A DNA stretch of 21,398 bases. Origin: Candidatus Iainarchaeum sp. Its GTDB lineage: Archaea; Iainarchaeota; Iainarchaeia; Iainarchaeales; VGJJ01. A model generated the notes under the pieces. That model was not told where the DNA came from and did no database searches. It saw only the letters and a program-made list of their open reading frames with translations. The translations under genes and the position numbers were made by a program. The stretch lies in assembly GCA_043803765.1 (NCBI GenBank), contig JAZDJQ010000002.1, forward strand, positions 1 through 21,398, written 5' to 3'. Positions 8,032-15,163 of the stretch are shown piece by piece. Position 1 is the stretch's first letter. Each line of letters begins with the position of its first letter.

Positions 8032-8078
8032 ATTAACTATGTTGGGGGTCGCTGGGTTTAAAAAACAAGTAAAGGAGA

Positions 8079-8113
8079 ATGACATTCTCCTCGCCTAAAG
8101 GCCGAGGTATTAC
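8079..8113 (-). mobile_element. IS200/IS605-family right-end-like remnant (no tnpA/tnpB in window)
   Basis: Minus strand GTAATA-CCTCGGCC-TTTA-GGCGAGG-AGAATG-TCAT: a bulged subterminal hairpin with a TTTA loop followed by a TCAn end motif. Confidence 0.5.
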
Positions 8114-8180
8114 AACCCAAGACCACAGCCCTAACGAGCCGCCGAATAATTAGGAATTCAAGAAATCGTTAGTGTGGCTG

Positions 8181-8447
8181 TTAAATAATCTTTTTTCCAT
8201 TTTTGTCAAATAAATGAATCACGTTTACGGGACACGAGTCTGCGGCTTCTTTGTTGTTGGCATATTTTTCTTGCGTTATTTCTCTTTCCTCTAGAACAAT
8301 TTGATCTCCTTCTTTCGTGTGTTTGCTTTCTTTCAAATCGCTTTTCCCATCAGCGGGGGACATTTCCCAATAATCCGGTGCCACCGCGGCGCAGGCACCG
8401 CAGCCAATACAATTCGTTCGGTCGTGTTGAATCTTAAAATCGGGCAT
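8181..8447 (-). CDS. Single-cluster 4Fe-4S ferredoxin
   Basis: CIGCGACAAVAP ... AADSCPVNVI (CxxCxxC plus a distal CP). A GAGGAG Shine-Dalgarno lies upstream. Confidence 0.93.
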   Translation of the reverse strand: MPDFKIQHDRTNCIGCGACAAVAPDYWEMSPADGKSDLKESKHTKEGDQIVLEEREITQEKYANNKEAADSCPVNVIHLFDKNGKKII

Positions 8448-8576
8448 AATGGGAATGTCTCCTCTTGGGCAGATAATAATGGAAAGAGAAAAGAATCATT
8501 TTAAATGTTTGGGAACAAAATTCACCGAAACCCAACAATAATCATCAAACACCAATTCACAAAGTAACTTAAATGA

Positions 8577-8804
8577 ATGAGTCCATATAATGGTATTATG
8601 CAGTTACTGGGGCTCTTTGGTTTCTCTGGACTATTCGAATTACTCATGGCTTTCTTCTTGGTTCATATTTTTTGGCCAAAAATTAATGTAGTGAGGTTAG
8701 TATTCTATGGTGGGGGGGTTCTTCTTTTCGTTGCGGTATTCACCGGATTGGGTCCCGAATTTGGATCGAACATGGTGAGGGCCATTTGGTCATTTATTTT
8801 TTGA
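8577..8804 (+). CDS. Small hydrophobic membrane protein
   Basis: 75 aa with 2-3 hydrophobic segments. The start may be ATG 8598. Confidence 0.6.
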   Translation: MSPYNGIMQLLGLFGFSGLFELLMAFFLVHIFWPKINVVRLVFYGGGVLLFVAVFTGLGPEFGSNMVRAIWSFIF

Positions 8805-8814
8805 AAGGGATAAT

Positions 8815-9246
8815 ATGGTGGCCGAGCAAATCTTCCAATTCTTTTTGGATGGGGTAGGCACTATTTTTCTCACGTTAGCGGGAATATTTGTCATGAATAC
8901 CAAAGGTATCTCGAATCGTTTTTGGCTGATGGTAATATTCCTTGGATTATTAGGTATCAGTGCAATCGGAATAGGGGGATTCTATGACATTTTTGACAGT
9001 CCGGCATGGACAACCCCCTTCTCGCTTATCATACTCATGACCTATTTTCTTATTATCAAATTCCCTTCCTCATTCAGCATGGCCGGAACGGCCGGAATCA
9101 TCATTATCTATTTTCTCCTCCTTCCAAACCATGTCTTTTGGGCTAATTTGGTAGGGGGAACGGTATACTATCTTTTTTGGGTCGGGTTTTTTTTGGTTAC
9201 CCTCCGCTCGATGAAAGAATGGGGAAAAACTCCTTCCTCTGCCTAG
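8815..9246 (+). CDS. Multi-pass membrane protein, unknown function
   Basis: 143 aa with about 5 hydrophobic segments. It starts 10 bp after the previous stop. Confidence 0.7.
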   Translation: MVAEQIFQFFLDGVGTIFLTLAGIFVMNTKGISNRFWLMVIFLGLLGISAIGIGGFYDIFDSPAWTTPFSLIILMTYFLIIKFPSSFSMAGTAGIIIIYFLLLPNHVFWANLVGGTVYYLFWVGFFLVTLRSMKEWGKTPSSA

Positions 9247-9266
9247 AAAAAAAATTCCTTTTAAAT
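9247..9266 (+). promoter_or_regulatory. BRE/TATA promoter of the tRNA-Gln locus
   Basis: An A-run followed by TTTTAAAT (9259-9266), about 27 nt before the tRNA 5' fragment at 9293. Confidence 0.65.
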
Positions 9267-9292
9267 CTAATCACGTCACTCTTCTAGCGGTC

Positions 9293-9314
9293 AGCCCCGT
9301 GGTCTAGTGGTCTA
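9293..9314 (+). pseudogene. 5' fragment of a tRNA-Gln-type gene (acceptor 5' strand, D stem 5' strand, D loop)
   Basis: AGCCCCG TG GTCT AGTGGTCTA. AGCCCCG pairs 7/7 with CGGGGCT at 10549-10555. Confidence 0.8.
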
Positions 9315-9445
9315 TCCTCCAGCTATTTTTCATAGGGCTCTTATTTTCTCGGTTTAAACCTTTCTTCGCTGCGCTCCAAAAGGATTTAATACATCCAAAA
9401 TCGGCGAAATCGTCCGTGGAAAACCGATTCCATGGAGGAAAACAC

Positions 9446-10435
9446 ATGATTACGGCAGAATGCTGTCGGAATGATTTTAGAAGTGAAAATTGTTCCAGTA
9501 CAATGGACGACGAATTATCTATTTTTGACGCCAAATCCGATTGGTTAAATGATGAGATTTATGTGCACGGGGTTAAGGATGAAGTTAAGGAAATCGCAGA
9601 TAGATTTGGGCCGGTAAAACTCTCAAGAATTCTGAAAGTTGACTATAACAATTGTTTTAGGGAGTGGACTTGTGGAAGAAATCCTATTCGATTGTCTAAG
9701 TTAATAGAGATGATTAATTTATGCGATTCGGAAACGCAAATCAAGCTAAAAGAAAAAATTGATACTAAAGAGTTGAAAATTGGTTGTCGATACTCTCCAC
9801 ATAAAATGAGGTTTCCATCGCACGTTTCAGAAAATCTCGCATATTTAGCTGGATTAATTTTAGGAGATGGAACACTTGCTGGAGATTCGTCGAATACGAG
9901 GGGAAATTGGAACGTAGGTACATTATTTGACGACGAAAACCATCAGAAAATTTATGATAAACTAATAGAGAATGAATTTCAAATTACGCCTAATCACCAA
10001 AAGGATGAAAAGAATTGTTGGTTATCCATTTTCGGTTCAAAGACAACGCAATGGTTCTGGCGATCTTTTTTCGACATGCATAATGGATACAAAGCAAGCA
10101 TCATAACGATACCAAACGTAATTGCAAATTCTTCGAATGGAAGACTACGTGTGACCCTACTTCAAGGATTATTCGATTCGGATGGAACAATTACAAAAAG
10201 AGGTCACGTTCAGTATGCATCCACAAGCAAAGAAATGATTGAACAAGTAAGCAAAATTCTATTTTCGTTTGGTATCGCTCATGGAAAAGCATCATGGCTA
10301 AAAGATCCAAAATATCGGATGCTCCATTCTATTGCGATTCGGCGCAAAAGCAGCGTTTTAAGCTTTGCCAAGCAAATAGGGTTTAGGCACCCGCGTAAAG
10401 CGGCAATATTAGCCAAGTTTAGCCTCGTCGTCTAG
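9446..10435 (+). CDS. Free-standing two-motif LAGLIDADG homing endonuclease with N-terminal HTH-like region
   Basis: LAYLAGLILGDGT and LLQGLFDSDGT motifs, YASTSKEMIEQV, FAKQIGFRHPRK. GGAGG (9434-9438) precedes ATG 9446. No intein splicing termini. The stop TAG lies inside the downstream tRNA. Confidence 0.92.
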   Translation: MITAECCRNDFRSENCSSTMDDELSIFDAKSDWLNDEIYVHGVKDEVKEIADRFGPVKLSRILKVDYNNCFREWTCGRNPIRLSKLIEMINLCDSETQIKLKEKIDTKELKIGCRYSPHKMRFPSHVSENLAYLAGLILGDGTLAGDSSNTRGNWNVGTLFDDENHQKIYDKLIENEFQITPNHQKDEKNCWLSIFGSKTTQWFWRSFFDMHNGYKASIITIPNVIANSSNGRLRVTLLQGLFDSDGTITKRGHVQYASTSKEMIEQVSKILFSFGIAHGKASWLKDPKYRMLHSIAIRRKSSVLSFAKQIGFRHPRKAAILAKFSLVV

Positions 10436-10495
10436 CCTGGACAAAGATGCCGGCCTCTGAAGCCGGAGACGGGAGTTCGAATCTCCCCGAGGCTA
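10421..10495 (+). tRNA. tRNA-Gln(CTG), intact
   Basis: AGCCTCG TC GTCT AGCCTGGACAA AGAT G CCGGC CT-CTG-AA GCCGG AGAC GGGAG TTCGAAT CTCCC CGAGGCT A. It has the A1-U72 pair of archaeal tRNA-Gln. Anticodon at 10457-10459. Confidence 0.95.
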
Positions 10496-10498
10496 CAT

Positions 10499-10536
10499 GT
10501 TTTTTCGCCAACCTTTTGCATTAGCAAAAGGCTGGT
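10499..10536 (+). terminator. T-run plus hairpin after tRNA-Gln
   Basis: GTTTTTT, then GCCA-A-CCTTTTGC(ATTA)GCAAAAGG-C-TGGT. Confidence 0.55.
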
Positions 10537-10539
10537 TCT

Positions 10540-10556
10540 GAATCTCCGCGGGGCTA
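10540..10556 (+). pseudogene. 3' fragment of a tRNA-Gln-type gene (T loop end, T stem 3' strand, acceptor 3' strand)
   Basis: GAAT CTCCG CGGGGCT A is 15/17 identical to the 3' end of the intact tRNA. Its acceptor strand matches the 9293 fragment perfectly. Confidence 0.8.
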
Positions 10557-10674
10557 CTTGTTCCGCTTTTCGCATATTCCTCCCCAAAAAAATAGATCCT
10601 GGATTGTTTGGAGCATTTTTGTTGGATGATGAGCACGCACTCTTTTTTATAGGAAGGATTTCCCTTTTCTCTGT

Positions 10675-11871
10675 ATGAACTTTCGATGGGTAGGGGTAAT
10701 CGTTTTCGTCTGCTTGGTGGTTGTCATGGGTATTCTTATGGTGCCGTGGGAGGATCGTCCGCCTGCGGAGGACACGAATTCATCTTCTCCCCAAGATAAT
10801 AATCACCCCGTGGCTGATGTGTTGGAGAAGCCATCCGGCCTCACGTACGCATACGGAAGCAAATTCGAGCCTCCAGATGGATATGTGTTCTACGGGTACG
10901 GGCAATGGGTGGATTACAACGATAAACTTACTGCAAAAGTAAACAATCCATCATTGCAGCCCGCAAGCGAGTTATTGTTCATCGATATTGGAGACACCCC
11001 GAGAGGATGGAACCCATCTACTATTCGAATGGCATTTGAGCGGATGGAAAGAAATCAGGTGATTCCGAGTATTGATATTGCTTTTCGGGGAAACCATGTG
11101 GATATTTCATCGCTGGATGACCCCTATTATGGTATTGATGAGGAAATTCCAATCAGTATGAAATATCAGCAGCGCATTCGGGACGTGGCGCAGATAGTAA
11201 AGGAATACGGGAAGCCCGTGTTCGTTCGTCTGGGAGGCGAGTTCAATGGTAATTGGAATGGGTATCAACCTTATGCTTATCCGAAAGCGTTCCGAACGGC
11301 GGTGAATATATTTCGCGAGGAAGGGGCAGACAATGCGGCGTTCGTTTGGTGTTACATGCCGGCAGCCCCCGATGATTATTTTGATATGGATGAGAATGGG
11401 AATGCCAAGTGGTTCCCTGGCGATGAATACGTTGATTGGTATTCCATCGACGTGTTCAACCCTAATCAGTTTTCAGGATCGGAATACCGGAGTGATGGAA
11501 AATTGACGAATTATGGAAAGACGCTGGCCTTTCTCTCTGCGGCGGAAGCCCACGGGAAGCCGGTCTTCATCGCGGAAAGCTCTTCCGTCGAAGTAGGCCT
11601 CGATCCCTCATTGAAAACGGGGAAAGCAGTTTGGTCGAGTTGGTTTGTCCCCTATTTCGCGTTCATCCGTGATCACCCCATCATCAAGGGATTCGTCTAC
11701 ATCAACTATGATTGGACCCAGGCGGCTAATTATAAAAAGCAGGGATGGAAGAATGGGGATCTTACGGAAAACGAATACGTGTTGCAGCTCTTCATGGAAG
11801 AACTAGTAAAGGACTTCTACATCAAGAGTCCGCAGCGCCATTGGCTGATGGAGTATGATCGGTTTACGTGA
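10675..11871 (+). CDS. Membrane-anchored/secreted glycoside hydrolase family 26-like protein
   Basis: N-terminal TM/signal segment. VFVRLGGEFNGNW carries the acid/base Glu, WFPGDEYVDWYSIDVFN is family-typical, and KPVFIAES carries the nucleophile Glu. Confidence 0.88.
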   Translation: MNFRWVGVIVFVCLVVVMGILMVPWEDRPPAEDTNSSSPQDNNHPVADVLEKPSGLTYAYGSKFEPPDGYVFYGYGQWVDYNDKLTAKVNNPSLQPASELLFIDIGDTPRGWNPSTIRMAFERMERNQVIPSIDIAFRGNHVDISSLDDPYYGIDEEIPISMKYQQRIRDVAQIVKEYGKPVFVRLGGEFNGNWNGYQPYAYPKAFRTAVNIFREEGADNAAFVWCYMPAAPDDYFDMDENGNAKWFPGDEYVDWYSIDVFNPNQFSGSEYRSDGKLTNYGKTLAFLSAAEAHGKPVFIAESSSVEVGLDPSLKTGKAVWSSWFVPYFAFIRDHPIIKGFVYINYDWTQAANYKKQGWKNGDLTENEYVLQLFMEELVKDFYIKSPQRHWLMEYDRFT

Positions 11872-11997
11872 GCGGGAAGAAACAACACCCTTTGTTGTCA
11901 GCAAGGGAAAATACGGTTTGGAGAAGAAAAAAAGCGCGGCACCGCAAGTGCATGTTTTAATACTTAGAAATGCTTCTCTTCCTTGCGGTGAGTAGAA

Positions 11998-13638
11998 TTG
12001 AGTACGCCGGAATCATTTTCTCGAACAAAGTTTATTGTCGTCACCGGCGGCGTGGTTTCAGGATTAGGAAAAGGAATTGCTGCGGCATCAATTGGAAAAT
12101 TGTACGCATCAATCGGACTGAAAGTTGTTCCCATGAAGCTGGATGGCTACTTGAACGTGGATCCCGGAACGATGAATCCTATTGAGCATGGTGAAGTTTT
12201 CGTTTTGGATGATGGCGGGGAAGTGGATATGGATTTTGGTCACTATGAGCGATTTTTAGGTGTAACCGCCAAGTCGAAGTGGAATTTAACCATGGGAAAA
12301 ATATTTGATTATGTTCGCCAAAAAGAACGCAAGGGGGATTATCTTGGAAAAACGGTTCAGTATATTCCTCATGTTACGAATGCCATCAAAGAGAAAATCT
12401 TCGAAGTGGTGAAGGAAGAAAATCCCGACATCCTGCTCATTGAGGTTGGTGGAACCGTGGGCGATATTGAGAACGAGTTATATATTGAAGCGATGCGCCA
12501 GCTTCGGAACGAAGTGGGAGAGGCCAATATTGCGTATGTCCACTTGACGTATGTTCCGGTATTAGCAAACGTGAAAGAGCAGAAATCGAAGCCTACTCAG
12601 CAGAGCGTTAATCTCCTTCGTCAAAGAGGAATAAAGCCGGATATCTTGGTGGGCCGTTGTTCCCAATTATTGGATAATAGTATCAAGGAACGCATTTCCA
12701 TGTTCTGCGATATAGCAAAGGAAGCGGTTATTACCGGTCTAGATGTGGACAATGTGTATCGTATTCCCATTGTTTTCCATGAGGAGGGAATTACTCACAT
12801 CCTTAACCGGAAGTTGCAATTGAATGGGGTGCCCGACCTTAAGGAGTGGATGGAACTAGCGTCTCGTATCCAGCGGGGCGAAAAAATAGTGCGTGTCGCA
12901 TTGTGTGGAAAATACACGAAGCTGGAGGATAGTTATGCTTCTGTTATTGAGGCGATTCATCATGCGTGTGTGCATCATGCGGTTCGTCCTAAGATTGAGT
13001 GGATTGAAACGACTCGTATTGAGGAGGGAAAATTGACGGTAGCGAAAGCAATGGAGGGAATAGATGGTGTCATCGTTCCAGGCGGATTCGGTTCAAGGGG
13101 AATAGAGGGAAAAATAGAAGTAATTCGGTATGCGCGGGAGCATGGCATCCCGTTCTTGGGTTTGTGTTATGGTATGCAGCTTGCGGTCATTGAATTCGCT
13201 CGCAATGTAAGCGGTTTGCGTGATGCCCATACAACTGAAATCAATCCTAGTACAAATAATCCGGTCATTGATTTGCTTCCCGAGCAGGCAAGTGTGACTC
13301 AAAAGGGGGCAACCATGCGGCTGGGTGGGCAAGATGTCATGATTAAAGAGAAAACGGGGGCATTCCGATTCTTTGGAGAAAAGACCCGGTTGCGTTTTCG
13401 TCATCGTTACGAAGTGAATCCGGATTATATCAAATTATTGGAGAAAAATGGTCTTGTCTTTTCTGGAAAGGCCCCTGAGAGGGAAATCGTGCAGATAATG
13501 GAATTGCCGGGTCATCCTTTTTTCTTTGCTACGCAGGCTCATCCGGAGTTGACGAGTAAGTTGGAATGCCCATCTCCTTTTTTCGACCACTTTATTGAAT
13601 CCTGTACCAATCGGATTACCAAAACATCGCAAGATTGA
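11998..13638 (+). CDS. pyrG: CTP synthase
   Basis: TKFIVVTGGVVSGLGKG, NVDPGTMNP.EHGEVFV, KSKPTQQSV, VPGGFG, GLCYGMQ, RHRYEVN and QAHPE. TTG start with a GGTGA Shine-Dalgarno. Confidence 0.98.
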   Translation: MSTPESFSRTKFIVVTGGVVSGLGKGIAAASIGKLYASIGLKVVPMKLDGYLNVDPGTMNPIEHGEVFVLDDGGEVDMDFGHYERFLGVTAKSKWNLTMGKIFDYVRQKERKGDYLGKTVQYIPHVTNAIKEKIFEVVKEENPDILLIEVGGTVGDIENELYIEAMRQLRNEVGEANIAYVHLTYVPVLANVKEQKSKPTQQSVNLLRQRGIKPDILVGRCSQLLDNSIKERISMFCDIAKEAVITGLDVDNVYRIPIVFHEEGITHILNRKLQLNGVPDLKEWMELASRIQRGEKIVRVALCGKYTKLEDSYASVIEAIHHACVHHAVRPKIEWIETTRIEEGKLTVAKAMEGIDGVIVPGGFGSRGIEGKIEVIRYAREHGIPFLGLCYGMQLAVIEFARNVSGLRDAHTTEINPSTNNPVIDLLPEQASVTQKGATMRLGGQDVMIKEKTGAFRFFGEKTRLRFRHRYEVNPDYIKLLEKNGLVFSGKAPEREIVQIMELPGHPFFFATQAHPELTSKLECPSPFFDHFIESCTNRITKTSQD

Positions 13639-13665
13639 TTAGCTAAAAAAGGTAAACAATGCGTA

Positions 13666-14817
13666 TCACTTCATTAACATAAAATGCAGGGCTTCAGGCA
13701 GGAGGGAAATCATTCCCGGGTGAGTGAATAGTTTTCCAATGAAATGAGAGGGTTCATCCATTTCTCCTTCTTTGGACAAAAATTCTTCGATTCCCGCATC
13801 TTTGAGTTTGAGAAAAAAAGAATTAAGTTGCGTGTCCGTCATCTTTTTCTGGAATTGGTGGATTTTCCAATGCAGTTCCAGTTCTTTGAAAATAGGATTC
13901 ATTCGTGATTCATATTCAGTCAAGGGTGTTCCATTTGTAAAGTGAGAACCGATTACTTTTCCCAGAATATCAGCGGATTTGCAGTTCATGATGATTCCCC
14001 CTCCACTAGTTGCCTTGGTTTGATAGGCAGCATCTCCCAATAATACAATGGGGGGGAAAACGATTTTTCGGATGGGAGGCGCACAGGGAACAAGAAAGGA
14101 ATTGCTCTCCTTGACATGGATGTCAATCTGTTTTTCTTTCAAAAATGCGTTGAATGCGTGAGAAGGATTCACTCCTACTTTGCATCCAATTCCTACTTTG
14201 GCGGACTCGTCGCTTTCGGGAATGACCCATGCAAAAAAATGGGGGGCGAATTCGTTTCCTAAATATAGTTCAACAAAGTTGGGGTCGAATGTTCCGGCTG
14301 CCTTTACTTGATACGTGTGCATAAAATCGGTAGCCGGGCTTTCAATTCCAACCATTTTTCGTAATCGTGAATTCACTCCATCGGCTGCTACAATGACGTC
14401 AGCCTTGCGCATCCCTCCTTTTCCTTTTGTTTGGGTAAAGAGGGTGTTTCCTTTCACGCTCATAACACTCGTACTTAGTTCTACCTGTGCTCCTGCAGCA
14501 ATGGCTTCCTTGTAAAGTGTTTTGTCAAATTTACTCCTGTCCATCACATGCGCAACCGGTTTTTTTCGTTCAATACGTAATTGGGTATTGTTGGGTGAAA
14601 AAATTTTGGCCCCATAAATGTCATTCATAAAACTTGCTTTCAAATCAAATCCTAATTCTTTCGTGTTGCGTGCAGAAATAAGTCCGGAACAGTGTTCAGG
14701 TATTCCTATTTCAGGATGTTCTTCAAAAACGGTGACTGGTATTTTTTGCTCCGCAAGTCGTCTTGCCAGGCGCAGTCCTGCACTCCCCCCTCCTATGATT
14801 CCAACAATCTTATCCAT
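13666..14817 (-). CDS. Geranylgeranyl reductase-family FAD-dependent oxidoreductase (DGGPL reductase-like)
   Basis: IIGGGSAG, EHCSGLI, MDRSKFDK, VAADGVNS, FFAWVIP and LLGDAAYQTKATSGGGI. Confidence 0.88.
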   Translation of the reverse strand: MDKIVGIIGGGSAGLRLARRLAEQKIPVTVFEEHPEIGIPEHCSGLISARNTKELGFDLKASFMNDIYGAKIFSPNNTQLRIERKKPVAHVMDRSKFDKTLYKEAIAAGAQVELSTSVMSVKGNTLFTQTKGKGGMRKADVIVAADGVNSRLRKMVGIESPATDFMHTYQVKAAGTFDPNFVELYLGNEFAPHFFAWVIPESDESAKVGIGCKVGVNPSHAFNAFLKEKQIDIHVKESNSFLVPCAPPIRKIVFPPIVLLGDAAYQTKATSGGGIIMNCKSADILGKVIGSHFTNGTPLTEYESRMNPIFKELELHWKIHQFQKKMTDTQLNSFFLKLKDAGIEEFLSKEGEMDEPSHFIGKLFTHPGMISLLPEALHFMLMK

Positions 14818-14873
14818 GGTTGAGATAGTGCCGTGTCAAAAGCATTAAAAGTCATTCCACGCAAGAAGGGAGT

Positions 14874-15143
14874 GTGTTTTTCCCTTTTTTCATTGGAGTA
14901 ATGCTTCTTTTTCTCTTTTTGATGATAGGGGTTCAGCGATTATTTCTCAATGCATGCAAGGAAAAGAGGCATGCGTCTCCCTGGATTGAGTCCATCGTGG
15001 TAATACTGCTTCTTCTTCCCTTTTTCATATACGGTGCTAATGTCTTGTTTTCTCTTCGGATGGGGGTCGAAGGACTTATTTTTCTTACCGTTGGGGTGTG
15101 GGGAGCAACGCTTTTTTTTCCTAGTGTGAGTAAAAAGAGATAA
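14874..15143 (+). CDS. Small three-TM membrane protein
   Basis: 89 aa, hydrophobic. GTG start after GGGAG, followed by a T-rich tract. Confidence 0.6.
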   Translation: MFFPFFIGVMLLFLFLMIGVQRLFLNACKEKRHASPWIESIVVILLLLPFFIYGANVLFSLRMGVEGLIFLTVGVWGATLFFPSVSKKR

Positions 15144-15163
15144 AATCCCTTTTTCTTTTTTTT

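Noticed and set aside
9304-9534. 76-aa minus-strand ORF
   Set aside because: It is antisense to the nuclease start and the tRNA fragment, with no motif or translation signals.
9416-10435. Intein or group I intron-encoded endonuclease
   Set aside because: There are no Cys/Ser N-terminal or His-Asn C-terminal splicing motifs and no host exteins. The flanks are too short and lack recognisable group I core elements.
9293-10556. Canonical BHB intron-containing or cis-spliced tRNA using the outer fragments
   Set aside because: No 4-bp central helix with 3-nt bulges could be drawn. Joining the fragments leaves no anticodon arm, and borrowing the inner tRNA's middle gives a G-G mismatch at the base of the T stem.
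10479-10557. attL/attR of an integrase-type island
   Set aside because: The two tRNA 3' ends are only about 60 bp apart and no integrase is present. The distal one pairs perfectly with the upstream 5' fragment instead.
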